Assembly: GCA_051024685.1 (NCBI GenBank)
Contig: JAZHPA010000017.1
Coordinates: 8,023 to 32,022, forward strand
Reading direction: 5' to 3'
Source: Moorellaceae bacterium AZ2
Lineage (GTDB): Bacteria; Bacillota; DSM-521; Neomoorellales; Neomoorellaceae
DNA: 24,000 nt
Positions within the stretch are counted from its first letter, which is position 1; each line of letters starts with the position of its first letter. Below, piece after piece: positions 1 through 8,338 of this stretch. The notes beneath the pieces are model-generated. The model was given only the letters and a program-made list of their open reading frames with translations. It did not search any database and was not told the DNA's origin. Made by a program: the position numbers and the translations under genes.

Positions 1-535
1 CTTTAAGCTGGGTTATCAAGTCTTCCCGGTGGGTGAGGACCAGAAAATCAAAAGGAGGGATCTCCCGCCGTCGAATGAGGGTATGCAGGACCTCGATGAG
101 TTTGATGAGCACCAGGGTCTTGCCGCTGCCGGTGGCCATCCAGAAGCCCAGGCGGTTGATAAAATGCTCATAGGAGATTTTGGGGCTGTCTCCTTCCTCC
201 AAGGGGTAGTATTCCGCCAGGAGCTCGCGCAGGGCCCTGTTCTCGTTCTTCAGGTTGATGCTCAAATCCGCCTCGAGGCCGTTCTCCCGGTACCACCGGA
301 AAAAGGCCTGCTTTCTCCTGCGGCTGGCCTCTGTCGCCTCCTCCCCTTCCCGGTAGTCCTGGGCCTTTTCAAAGTATTTCCACAAAACCTTCAATGCACT
401 GGCCAGGGCCTCTTGCTGGTAGTCCCACAGGTTTTTTCCGGGCGAAAACTGCTTGAGATCCATTAAACTCCAAGAGGGCGGCAGGTGATCCAACTGTACA
501 TGCTGGATTATTTCCTGGAGAATAGTCCTGGGCAT
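1..535 (-). CDS. Type III restriction enzyme Res subunit / SF2 (DEAD-DEAH-like) helicase, N-terminal part. The gene continues beyond the left edge of the window.
   Basis: My own reverse-complement translation from ATG at 535 gives MPRTILQEIIQH...NLWDYQQEALASALKVLW...FINRLGFWMATGSGKTLVLIKLIEVLH...LVLTHREDLITQLK, open to position 1. It contains a Q-motif-like WDYQQEA and a Walker A/motif I MATGSGKT. GGAGG sits 6 nt upstream of the ATG. It lies directly downstream of the methyltransferase on the same strand. It is absent from the ORF track because no stop codon falls in the window. Confidence 0.75.
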   Translation of the reverse strand, partial: MPRTILQEIIQHVQLDHLPPSWSLMDLKQFSPGKNLWDYQQEALASALKVLWKYFEKAQDYREGEEATEASRRRKQAFFRWYRENGLEADLSINLKNENRALRELLAEYYPLEEGDSPKISYEHFINRLGFWMATGSGKTLVLIKLIEVLHTLIRRREIPPFDFLVLTHREDLITQLK

Positions 536-700
536 GGCCTCCCTCCCCGTCCGCTGTCCGGTGTAAACCCAGTTCTGCTCCTGGGCCTGCTTGCCTTGGG
601 CTCGCCTATAATGTCCCTCGCGGACCAAACTAGGGCCTGGCTCAGGGTTCCGGCAGGCTTCCCGGCACCCCGGGTACCCCGGTTCGGCCCTCCGGGGCCT

Positions 701-3145
701 TTACCACCAGATCAGCGGTTTTATGAGCCTGTAGTCCGGTTCCTTTATACTCATCCTCTCTCCATCCTCGAACTCCACCGACTCGGGAGTAATCTTCTTT
801 ATCCATTTGCCGCTTAGGTGGGACAGAGTCTCGGCCACATCTATCCCCTCATAAAGCCTGTCCCAATTTACCCGCACTCTGCTATTCTCATAGTCTACCT
901 CCAGCGCCTCCAGCATCTTCAGGTCCCGCAGGAAGACGTACTGGCTGTAGGGGTCCCGGTGGGAGTCATCCAATAAATCCGCGTCTTCGTACTTCACCCG
1001 CCGCAGAACGTCTTCGTACTGCTCCAGCTCATAGTACTTAAAGAAGCCGCCTCCCCGCCAGCCCACATCTCGGGAAATCCCGCAGGGCTCATGTTTACCC
1101 CTGCCGGCCACGACTTCCTTCATCCGGGGCAGGACTTTGCCATAAAAGATAGCTTCAGCCATCTCCACCAAAATCCATTTTCGTTTCAACTTGTGGGCGA
1201 CGGCAGCCGTAGTGCCCGTGCCCCCGAAGAAATCCAGAACCAGGTCTCCCTCCCGGGACGAGGCCTCAATGATCCGCTCAAGCAGTTTTTCCGGTTTCTG
1301 CGTCAGGAAGTCGCCCACCTTTTCCTTACTGTAGCTCATAATCATAACGGAATTCATCTCGTCATATTCACTGGCATTCCAGACATCCTCCAGGGGATAG
1401 ACCCCTTCCCTGGCTTCGCCCCGGCTCTCCGGCTTGTAAATGCGGCCATCCTTTCCCCTCAAGGCAAGCTGGAACTTATCCACTTTAAGGCCCAATTTGC
1501 GCTCTACGGCTTGCAGATACTCCTTTTCTTCTTCCCCCATCCTGAAGGTCCGGTAAGGGATTCCGGCAGCGTCTTTATTGAAAAAGCTCCGCGGGCTCTT
1601 GCCGTACATCCAGATGGTCTCGTGATTCCGCACATACTTTTCTCCCGCCGTCTTAAACCCCGACACCCATCCTATCCGCCAGATAATTTCGTTGGCCAAA
1701 TTATCGCGGCCGAAAATTTCGTCCAGGAGAAACCTGGTACTGGCCGTTTCATGGAAGTCCACGTGCACATAAATGCTGCCCGCATCCTTAAGGAAATCCC
1801 TGGCCAGGCGCAGCCGGTTCTCCATCATGGTCAGCCAGGCAGACCGGTTGAACCTGTCGTTATAGCAAAAAGTGTCCTTCTCGGTGTTGTAGGGCGGGTC
1901 GATATAGATCAGCTGTACGCGCTCCTTGAACTTATTCTTGATGGTGTTCAAGGCCTGGTAGTTTTCGCTTCTTATGAGCCAGCCGTCCAGGGCCTGGTCC
2001 AGGTGTTCGAAGAGGCCGAGGATCTCCCCTTCCAGATTTTTAAAATACCTGGTATCCACCGGTAGGTAACGGTGCTTTTCCCGTAAAACCTCCCCCTGAG
2101 GGGTGGCCTCTATCACCTCCTGGGGAGCAAAATCCATAGCAACAATGCCCAGCCGTTTCCATTCTTCCACCTGGGCCGCCAGGTTCCGATGATGCAAAAT
2201 TTTTTTCACCAGGCCCATATCGCGGGCCCCAATCCGGTCCAGGGTAACAACGTAGCCCGCTTTTAATACGAATTTAGGCTTATTCCAGATTTTCACCAGC
2301 TCGTTTTCAAACTGGGCTATAAAGTCGATAATCTTAGTGGCAATCTCTTTAAGGGCCTGCAACTGCTTGATCCGCTCTTCCGTCCACTCGCTTTCCCCAC
2401 TGAAGACATAATGGTACAGCCATAGGCTCAACTGCTCCCGCAAGAACTCCCGGGCATTCTTGCATATGAAGTAATCCACTTCGCTCTGGCGTGCGAAAAT
2501 CCGGAAGGCCTTCTCTAGGGTGTCTTCGGTTATCCTCACACCTTCTTTGCGCAGAGTCCGCAAGATCCTCTTGCGGTCCGTTTTCTTTCCCCACTCGGAG
2601 TAGAGCACCCGAAACACCAGGGTCCCGTCTTCCTTTTTCCCTGCCGGCTCAAAGATCAACTCCTTCTTCTCATTGGCCTTTTTGTGCTCCAGGCCGGAAA
2701 CATCGAAAAAGAACTTAACTCCCTCTACCTCCACCCCCATACTCCGGAAGAGCCTGTCAGTCTTCACATAATAAAGCATGCGGGTTTTCCAAAAGAGCAC
2801 GACGTCCCTGTCGGCCGTATAGACCTTGTCATAAACCTGATGGCTAAGGGGGGTATGACGGAAATAAATAGAGCCGCTCTCGGAAAAATAGCGGCGGAAA
2901 AAAGAGTAGAGCTTGTCGAAAAGCTCCTCCCGGAACTGGGGAAAGGGTTCCAGGGCCTTCTCAATGTCCCTCTGGAGCCGGGGAAGGACCCCTTCGGTAA
3001 AGTACCTCGATTTAACCTGCATCAAGTTTATGTAACCGGACTCCCCTTCCACCTCAGCACCTACAAAGAGGTTTTTAAGGGCCTCGTAAAACCTGCGTTC
3101 CTTGACACCGCCGGCCTCCCTTTGACCTGTACCCATACTCTCCAT
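701..3145 (-). CDS. Site-specific DNA methyltransferase, beta-class N6-adenine (possibly N4-cytosine), Type III Mod-like, with a long N-terminal region.
   Basis: 814-aa ORF. Catalytic motif IV IYIDPPYNTEKD lies about 410 aa from the N-terminus. AdoMet motif I LVLDFFGGTGTTAAVA lies about 220 aa further on, so the order is IV then I (beta class). The start may be the ATG at 3136 rather than 3145, which has better SD spacing (GAGGGA-N8-ATG). Confidence 0.9.
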   Translation of the reverse strand: MESMGTGQREAGGVKERRFYEALKNLFVGAEVEGESGYINLMQVKSRYFTEGVLPRLQRDIEKALEPFPQFREELFDKLYSFFRRYFSESGSIYFRHTPLSHQVYDKVYTADRDVVLFWKTRMLYYVKTDRLFRSMGVEVEGVKFFFDVSGLEHKKANEKKELIFEPAGKKEDGTLVFRVLYSEWGKKTDRKRILRTLRKEGVRITEDTLEKAFRIFARQSEVDYFICKNAREFLREQLSLWLYHYVFSGESEWTEERIKQLQALKEIATKIIDFIAQFENELVKIWNKPKFVLKAGYVVTLDRIGARDMGLVKKILHHRNLAAQVEEWKRLGIVAMDFAPQEVIEATPQGEVLREKHRYLPVDTRYFKNLEGEILGLFEHLDQALDGWLIRSENYQALNTIKNKFKERVQLIYIDPPYNTEKDTFCYNDRFNRSAWLTMMENRLRLARDFLKDAGSIYVHVDFHETASTRFLLDEIFGRDNLANEIIWRIGWVSGFKTAGEKYVRNHETIWMYGKSPRSFFNKDAAGIPYRTFRMGEEEKEYLQAVERKLGLKVDKFQLALRGKDGRIYKPESRGEAREGVYPLEDVWNASEYDEMNSVMIMSYSKEKVGDFLTQKPEKLLERIIEASSREGDLVLDFFGGTGTTAAVAHKLKRKWILVEMAEAIFYGKVLPRMKEVVAGRGKHEPCGISRDVGWRGGGFFKYYELEQYEDVLRRVKYEDADLLDDSHRDPYSQYVFLRDLKMLEALEVDYENSRVRVNWDRLYEGIDVAETLSHLSGKWIKKITPESVEFEDGERMSIKEPDYRLIKPLIWW

Positions 3146-3202
3146 CCCTCAAAGCCCTTCTTGTATTAACCGCCCCAAGGGCCCGGTCCTAAACAAAACC
3201 TC

Positions 3203-3244
3203 GGAAAGAAAGGGGCAGGAGGCAGGGCCCGCCTCTGACTGCCC
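3203..3244 (-). terminator. Probable intrinsic terminator after the amidohydrolase gene. It separates the nucleoside operon from the R-M genes.
   Basis: Minus-strand RNA reads GGGCAG-uca-GAGGC-gggcccu-GCCUC-CUGCCC followed by CUUUCUUUCC. That is an 11-bp GC-rich stem with a 3-nt bulge and a T-rich but interrupted tail. A second 6-7-bp palindrome, CCACCGG-nn-CCGGTGG, sits at 3269-3284 just after the stop codon. Confidence 0.4.
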
Positions 3245-3292
3245 GGCTCCCAGGCGTGGGCGGCTCTGCCACCGGCTCCGGTGGGACGGAGT

Positions 3293-4675
3293 TTAAGACC
3301 GGGCCTGTCCGGCCTTTTCTCGTTCGGCCCGCACCATGTCCCGGGAAACCTCCTGGGCCCGGCTATAGATGCGGCCCACGTCCAAGGTGACGATTTCTCC
3401 CCGGCGTACCACAATCCTGCCGTTGACGATGGTCGTATCCACTAGGCTGCTGTTGCCGCAGCACACCAGGGCCACTATGGGGTCGTGGCAACCGGCGAAG
3501 GCCACGTCCTCAAGGTTGATGAGCACCACATCTGCTGCCTTGCCCACCTCCAGGGCGCCTGTATCCGTCCTCCCCAGGACCTCAGCCCCTCCGCGGGTGG
3601 CTATTTTGAGCACCTGGTAGGCCGAGAAGCCTTCCTCACCGTACTGCAGGTGATTTAAAAGATAGCTCCTTCTCATTTCCTCCCACATATTGGAGCCGTC
3701 ATTGCTGGCGCTGCCGTCCACGGCGAGGCCCAGCTTAACGCCTGCCCGGTAGAGTTCGCTCGTACGGCAGATTCCGCTCCCCAATTTCATATTGGAAGAG
3801 GGACAGTGGGCCACGCCACTTCCCGCCAGCCTCTTTATCTCGCGGTCGTTTAGGTGGATGGCGTGGGCAAACCACACGTCGGAACCTATCCAGCCCAGCT
3901 CTTCCATGAGTTCCACCGGCCGGCGGTTGTAACGCTCCAGGCAATACCTCTCTTCATCCGTGGTTTCGGCCAGGTGGGTGTGCAGCATAACACCCTTTTC
4001 CCGCGCCAGATCCCTCGTATGGCGCATAAGATCGAGGCTTACGGAAAAGGGGGAGCAGGGCGCCAGGGCCAGCCGTACCATAGCATACGGTCGAGGATCG
4101 TGGTAAGTTTCTATCAGGCGCGCCGAATCCTCCAGGATGGCCCCTTCCTCCTGGACTACCTCGTCCGGCGGCAGGCCCCCCTGACTGCGGCCCAGGGACA
4201 TAGACCCTCTCGTGGCATGAAAACGTATCCCAATCTGCCGGGCCGCCTCTATTTCCTTATCTATAAAGTCATTCCCCTGCCCTGACGGAAACACATAGTG
4301 ATGGTCTGCCGTTAAAGTACATCCGGTACGCAGTAGCTCGCTGAACCCCACCAGGGCACCGTAATATACCGCTTCCGGAGTGAGATGGCGCCAAAATTGA
4401 TAAAGTTTCTGCAGCCAGCCAAACAGCGGAAGCCCCTGAACCTCCGGCAGGCCGCGGAAGAGAGACTGGTACAAGTGGTGGTGAGTGTTCACCAGCCCCG
4501 GAATGGCTATCATGCCCTGTCCGGGGATTACCTCCGCGCCGGGAGGCGGTTCAAGGTCGTGCCCTACGGCCCTGATCTCAGGTCCTTCAATAATAATATC
4601 ACAGTCGCGCAAAATTTCATCCCGGTCATTGCAGGTCACCACATAGCTCACGTTTTTCAGCAGCAGCGGTTTCAT
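3293..4675 (-). CDS. Amidohydrolase-superfamily deaminase, 8-oxoguanine deaminase-like (SsnA / cytosine / guanine deaminase group).
   Basis: Metal-binding NTHHHLYQSLFRG, then ADHHYVFP, HATRGSMSL...GGLPPDEVV, HTHLAET and AVDGSASND, which match my memory of the 8-oxoguanine deaminase family. Preferred start is the ATG at 4675 (MKPLLLKN), preceded by AAGGGGAG. The track ORF starts at 4705. Confidence 0.8.
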   Translation of the reverse strand: MKPLLLKNVSYVVTCNDRDEILRDCDIIIEGPEIRAVGHDLEPPPGAEVIPGQGMIAIPGLVNTHHHLYQSLFRGLPEVQGLPLFGWLQKLYQFWRHLTPEAVYYGALVGFSELLRTGCTLTADHHYVFPSGQGNDFIDKEIEAARQIGIRFHATRGSMSLGRSQGGLPPDEVVQEEGAILEDSARLIETYHDPRPYAMVRLALAPCSPFSVSLDLMRHTRDLAREKGVMLHTHLAETTDEERYCLERYNRRPVELMEELGWIGSDVWFAHAIHLNDREIKRLAGSGVAHCPSSNMKLGSGICRTSELYRAGVKLGLAVDGSASNDGSNMWEEMRRSYLLNHLQYGEEGFSAYQVLKIATRGGAEVLGRTDTGALEVGKAADVVLINLEDVAFAGCHDPIVALVCCGNSSLVDTTIVNGRIVVRRGEIVTLDVGRIYSRAQEVSRDMVRAEREKAGQARS

Positions 4676-5483
4676 CGAGCGACTTCTCCCCTTTTCTGGC
4701 AGCAAGTTCCCTCGCTATTTGTACACCGGAGCTCGTACCTATGCGGTTGGCTCCTGCCCGGACCATGGCCAGGGCGGTGGCCAAGTCCCTGATCCCGCCG
4801 GAGGCCTTCACCCCCGCCCGGCTGCCCACCGTTCGGCGCAGCAGGCTTACGTCTTCGGCGGTGGCCCCGCTCCCGCCGAAGCCGGTAGAAGTCTTCACGA
4901 AATCCGCCCCGGCCTTGACCGCAATCAGGGCTGCGAGAACCTTTTCTACATCCTCCAAAAGGGCCGTTTCCAGGATTACCTTCAGCACCCTCTCTTCTCC
5001 GGCCGCCTCCCTGACCCTGGCAATCTCCTCCCAGACCCTTCGAAGGCTCCGTCCCTTGAGGGCGCCCACATTCAAGACCATATCAAGTTCGGCGGCGCCG
5101 CAGGCCACCGCTTCCACGGCTTCCGTGACTTTTGCCAGCGTCGTGGTGGTCCCGTGGGGAAATCCGATTACCGTACACACCTTGACTCCGGAGCCCTGCA
5201 GCAGCCGGGACGCCAGCTTTACCCAGCAGGGTGACACGCAGACGCTGTGGAAGCCGAAAGTCACGGCCTCCTCGCACAACCGTTGGACGGCGGGGGCGGT
5301 AGTATCCGGCTTCAGTGCCGTATGATCGATAAGGCCGGGCAGGTCCAGCCCTTGCCCGACGGCCGCCGGTATGCCTTCCTCCGGAGGAGAAAGCGGCCAG
5401 GCCACATCCGGCAGGGCTTCCTGCAACTCCTTCACGGCTTGCCGGTAGAGCTGGCGGTAGTATTCTTCCTTCACTTTTTCCAC
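4626..5483 (-). CDS. deoC: Deoxyribose-phosphate aldolase (DeoC) with an N-terminal extension of about 50 aa.
   Basis: LIDHTALKPDTT, CVSPCWV, VCTVIGFPHG, ELDMVLNVGALK, Schiff-base lysine context ADFVKTSTGFG, and GVKASGGIR...RIGTSSG. GTG start at 5483 (or GTG at 5474). The 3' end overlaps the next gene's start by about 50 nt. Confidence 0.9.
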   Translation of the reverse strand: MEKVKEEYYRQLYRQAVKELQEALPDVAWPLSPPEEGIPAAVGQGLDLPGLIDHTALKPDTTAPAVQRLCEEAVTFGFHSVCVSPCWVKLASRLLQGSGVKVCTVIGFPHGTTTTLAKVTEAVEAVACGAAELDMVLNVGALKGRSLRRVWEEIARVREAAGEERVLKVILETALLEDVEKVLAALIAVKAGADFVKTSTGFGGSGATAEDVSLLRRTVGSRAGVKASGGIRDLATALAMVRAGANRIGTSSGVQIARELAARKGEKSLDETAAAEKRELCGDLQ

Positions 5484-5493
5484 CCTGCCTTAA

Positions 5494-6279
5494 CTAGGCC
5501 GTCTTGGATTTCTGGCGCTGTTCATAAGCATAAATGGCCTCCAGAACTACCTGGATCTCCTTCTCCCAGCCCTCTACCAGCCGTTCGTTTTCCTTTTCAT
5601 AGATCACTTCACCGGTCACCAGGTTGCCTGATACGGCGCAGATGCTGGCGGCCTTCCGGCGCCGCACATGGGCTACGGTAAAGATCGCCGAGCTTTCCAT
5701 CTCCACGTTGGTAATCCCCAGTCCGGCAAGTTTTTCAATCCATTCCTGGGTTTCACCGTAAAAGCTGTCATCGGAAGCACAAATACCTACGTGCAGTCCG
5801 TAGTGGAGTTCAGGCTGCAGCCTGCGGGCGGTTTCTATCAATACACTCGTAAAATCCATATCGGGTACGGCCGGAAAAACATCGGGGACATAGAAACGAG
5901 AGGTGCCCTCGTTTTTCATGGCCCCACATGCAATAACGAGGTCTCCTATGGCCATGCCCGGCTGCAGGGCTGCCGAGCTCCCGATCCTGATGAAGACTTC
6001 CGCGTCCACATTGGCCAGCTCTTCCACCGCGATGGCCGCCGAGGGGCACCCGATGCCGGTGGAAGTTACACTCACCTTAATACCTTTATAAAAGCCGGTG
6101 AAAGTACGGTATTCGCGGTTGTGGGCGATAAGTTGGGGGTTATCCAGGTATTTTGCCACCCGGTCGCTGCGTGCAGGGTCACCGGGCAAGAGCACATACT
6201 TCCCTACATCCCCGGGCTTCACCCGCAGGTGATACTGGATCTTTCCCAGAGTTACCTCGGCCTTGTTGACCGTAGACAT
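5494..6279 (-). CDS. udp: Uridine phosphorylase-family nucleoside phosphorylase (PNP/UDP_1 family).
   Basis: LLPGDPARSDRVAKYL, TSTGIGCPSAAIAVEEL, FPAV and NVEMESSAIF resemble E. coli Udp more than DeoD. Preferred start is the ATG at 6279 (MSTVNK), preceded by GAGGAGGG. The track ORF starts at a GTG at 6345. Confidence 0.85.
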   Translation of the reverse strand: MSTVNKAEVTLGKIQYHLRVKPGDVGKYVLLPGDPARSDRVAKYLDNPQLIAHNREYRTFTGFYKGIKVSVTSTGIGCPSAAIAVEELANVDAEVFIRIGSSAALQPGMAIGDLVIACGAMKNEGTSRFYVPDVFPAVPDMDFTSVLIETARRLQPELHYGLHVGICASDDSFYGETQEWIEKLAGLGITNVEMESSAIFTVAHVRRRKAASICAVSGNLVTGEVIYEKENERLVEGWEKEIQVVLEAIYAYEQRQKSKTA

Positions 6280-6368
6280 AGTTACACCCTCCTCAACACC
6301 GGTTTTGCTCGGTAATCCAGGGCGGAAGTTCCCGGCCGGATCCACTCGTGGGCTTTCCCCACCGCTCT

Positions 6369-7289
6369 TTACAGTTCGCTCCGGACGTAAACCCTACCGG
6401 CGTGGGCAGGGCCCCTCACCCGCTTGGAGACAAAGGCCAGGACCAGTAAAGTCGTTAAATACGGTATGGCCTCTACGAACTGTGCCGGCACTTGCCAGCC
6501 CTGGGCATTAATTTGCCAGGCCATCACGTAACCGAAAAACAGCGAAGCTAGCAGTGCACCGAAAGGCGTCCAGCGCCCGAAAATCATGGCCGCGAGGGCT
6601 ATGAAGCCTCGACCGGCAGTCATGTTTTTGGTGAAAACGTTAAGCATCCCTATTGAAAGAAAAGAACCGGCCAGTCCGGCCAGAGCGCAGCCCACTATAA
6701 CACTCGCATACATGTAGTTGACTACGGGAACGCCGAGCGACTGGGCCGCATAGGGATTCTCTCCCACCGCCCGCAGGCGCAGGCCCATCTTGGTATGGTA
6801 CAAAAAGATGTGACCCGCCAGAACCAAAAGCAACCCGATGAGGGTCACGTAGCTCATGTTCTGCAGGATAGGGCCCACCACCGGGATGCTGGCCCAATGG
6901 CTCCCCAAGGAGCCTATCTTGGGGCAGGAAGGCGACTGGCCTTTGTTGCCGAAGAGAAATTGGAGCAGGAATATTGTGGCGCTTGTACTTAAAATATTTA
7001 TGGCAACCCCGCTAACCACATGGTCGGCCTTAAATCCCACACAGATACCGGCATGGAGCAGCCCCAGACATGCGCCGACCGCTACAGCCGCTGCCAAGCC
7101 GAGCCAGGCCGATTGGGTGAAATAAGAAGTGACGGCTGCCACAAAGGCCCCGGCCAGCATGATGCCGTCCAGGCCCACGTTGATCACCCCTGCCCGCTCG
7201 CAAAGTAGGCCCCCCAGGGCTCCGATAAAGAGAGGAGTGGCTATGGCCAGGGTGGCCTGGAGGATACCGACCGACAGGAAGTCGCTCAT
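6369..7289 (-). CDS. ABC transporter permease (BMP/nucleoside-type, BPD_transp_2 family).
   Basis: 306-aa polytopic hydrophobic protein. Its ATG overlaps the upstream permease stop (TAATG), and it sits within the BMP / ATPase / permease set. Confidence 0.9.
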   Translation of the reverse strand: MSDFLSVGILQATLAIATPLFIGALGGLLCERAGVINVGLDGIMLAGAFVAAVTSYFTQSAWLGLAAAVAVGACLGLLHAGICVGFKADHVVSGVAINILSTSATIFLLQFLFGNKGQSPSCPKIGSLGSHWASIPVVGPILQNMSYVTLIGLLLVLAGHIFLYHTKMGLRLRAVGENPYAAQSLGVPVVNYMYASVIVGCALAGLAGSFLSIGMLNVFTKNMTAGRGFIALAAMIFGRWTPFGALLASLFFGYVMAWQINAQGWQVPAQFVEAIPYLTTLLVLAFVSKRVRGPAHAGRVYVRSEL

Positions 7290-8338
7290 TATCGCTCACC
7301 CCTCTTCAGCAGGGTGTTAAGCCAGTATTTGATAAAGGCCTGCGCAGCTACAAAAACAATAATTATAGCTTGCAACATCATGCCCAGTTCCCGGGGCACA
7401 TCAACTTGTAAGGACATAGAAGAGCTCCCCGCTTCCAGGGCCCCGAACAAAATGGCTGCCGGGAGGATGCCCAGGGGGTGATTTTGCCCCAGCAGCGCCA
7501 CCGCGATGGCCGTAAACCCGTAGCCCGGGGAAAAGGCATGGATAAATCTCTGGTAAACTCCCAGGATCCTTTCCGCGCCCATCAATCCCCCGATGGCGCC
7601 GCTGGCCAGTATGGCCCCCATCACCACCCGCGCACCGCGGATCCCGGCATACCGGGCCGCCCGCCGGTTTAAACCGGTCACCCTCAAGTCATAACCCCAG
7701 GGAGTATAAAACAGGAAAATCCACAAAAGGAAAGCCATTATAATCCCCAGTATAAAGCCCACGTTCAATTTAGAGGGCGGCAGCAGAGGCCACAATACGG
7801 CTGTAGGGGCTACCTTGAAAGTCTGGGCCACCACTCCCGGCTCGTGAAAGACGTGCACTGTAAGATAACCCGTCGCGGCATACGCTACGTAATTGAGCAT
7901 GACCGTGGAAATGACTTCATGGACCCCGGCCTTCACCTTAAGCCACCCGGGAACCAGGGCCATCAGCAGGCCTCCTGCTGCGGCGCCGGCCAGGGCCGTC
8001 ACCACGTGTAGTCCGGCGGGCAGGCCCGGCAAACTAAAGCCGATGATGGCCGCCACCATGCCTCCCAGGTACATCTGGCCCTCCAGGCCGATATTAAATA
8101 ATCCCGCCTGGGCGGCTATGGCAAAACCCAGCCCGCCGAAGATATAGGGCGTGGCCCTCTGCAGGGTGTCGGCCCACGCCGGCGCGTCGCCGAACGCCCC
8201 TTTAAACATGGCGCTGTAGGCGGACAGGGGGTTTTGGCCGATGGCGCCGATTATACCTGCGCCCACGGCCAGGGCGGCTGCCACCGCCAGCAGCGAGGAT
8301 AAGACTTCGACCCCTAGGGTGCGCTTCATCCTGTCCAC
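7289..8338 (-). CDS. ABC transporter permease (BMP/nucleoside-type).
   Basis: 349-aa polytopic protein. Start is either the GTG at 8338 or the ATG at 8329. The ATG forms an ATGA overlap with the ATPase stop at 8326-8328. Confidence 0.9.
   Translation of the reverse strand: MDRMKRTLGVEVLSSLLAVAAALAVGAGIIGAIGQNPLSAYSAMFKGAFGDAPAWADTLQRATPYIFGGLGFAIAAQAGLFNIGLEGQMYLGGMVAAIIGFSLPGLPAGLHVVTALAGAAAGGLLMALVPGWLKVKAGVHEVISTVMLNYVAYAATGYLTVHVFHEPGVVAQTFKVAPTAVLWPLLPPSKLNVGFILGIIMAFLLWIFLFYTPWGYDLRVTGLNRRAARYAGIRGARVVMGAILASGAIGGLMGAERILGVYQRFIHAFSPGYGFTAIAVALLGQNHPLGILPAAILFGALEAGSSSMSLQVDVPRELGMMLQAIIIVFVAAQAFIKYWLNTLLKRGER

Noticed and set aside
29-466. 145-aa plus-strand ORF at the left edge.
   Set aside because: It is antisense to a much better minus-strand reading frame (1-535) that carries helicase motifs (WDYQQEA, MATGSGKT) and a proper SD and ATG. 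The plus-frame peptide is low-complexity, with no recognisable motif.
536-700. The 165-nt mod-res spacer is stop-free and in the same frame as both the Mod TAA and the Res ATG, which would suggest a read-through Mod-Res fusion.
   Set aside because: 55 stop-free codons is not unusual at this GC content. The ATG at 535 has its own GGAGG at good spacing. The implied peptide (RPRRAEPGYPGCREACRNPEPG...) looks non-coding. The GGGTACCC palindrome here is short.
1091-2065. 324-aa plus-strand ORF inside the methyltransferase gene.
   Set aside because: It is an antisense shadow ORF of the kind expected in GC-rich coding sequence. It has no motifs or RBS, while the opposite strand has unambiguous MTase motifs. 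The same reasoning applies to 2684-3169, 3854-4285, 4741-5325 and 5668-6315.
2200-2206. T7 (A7 on the coding strand) homopolymer inside the mod gene, considered as a possible phase-variation tract.
   Set aside because: Seven bases is too short and common. Known phase-variable Type III mod genes use long tetra- or pentanucleotide or long homopolymer repeats, and none is present.
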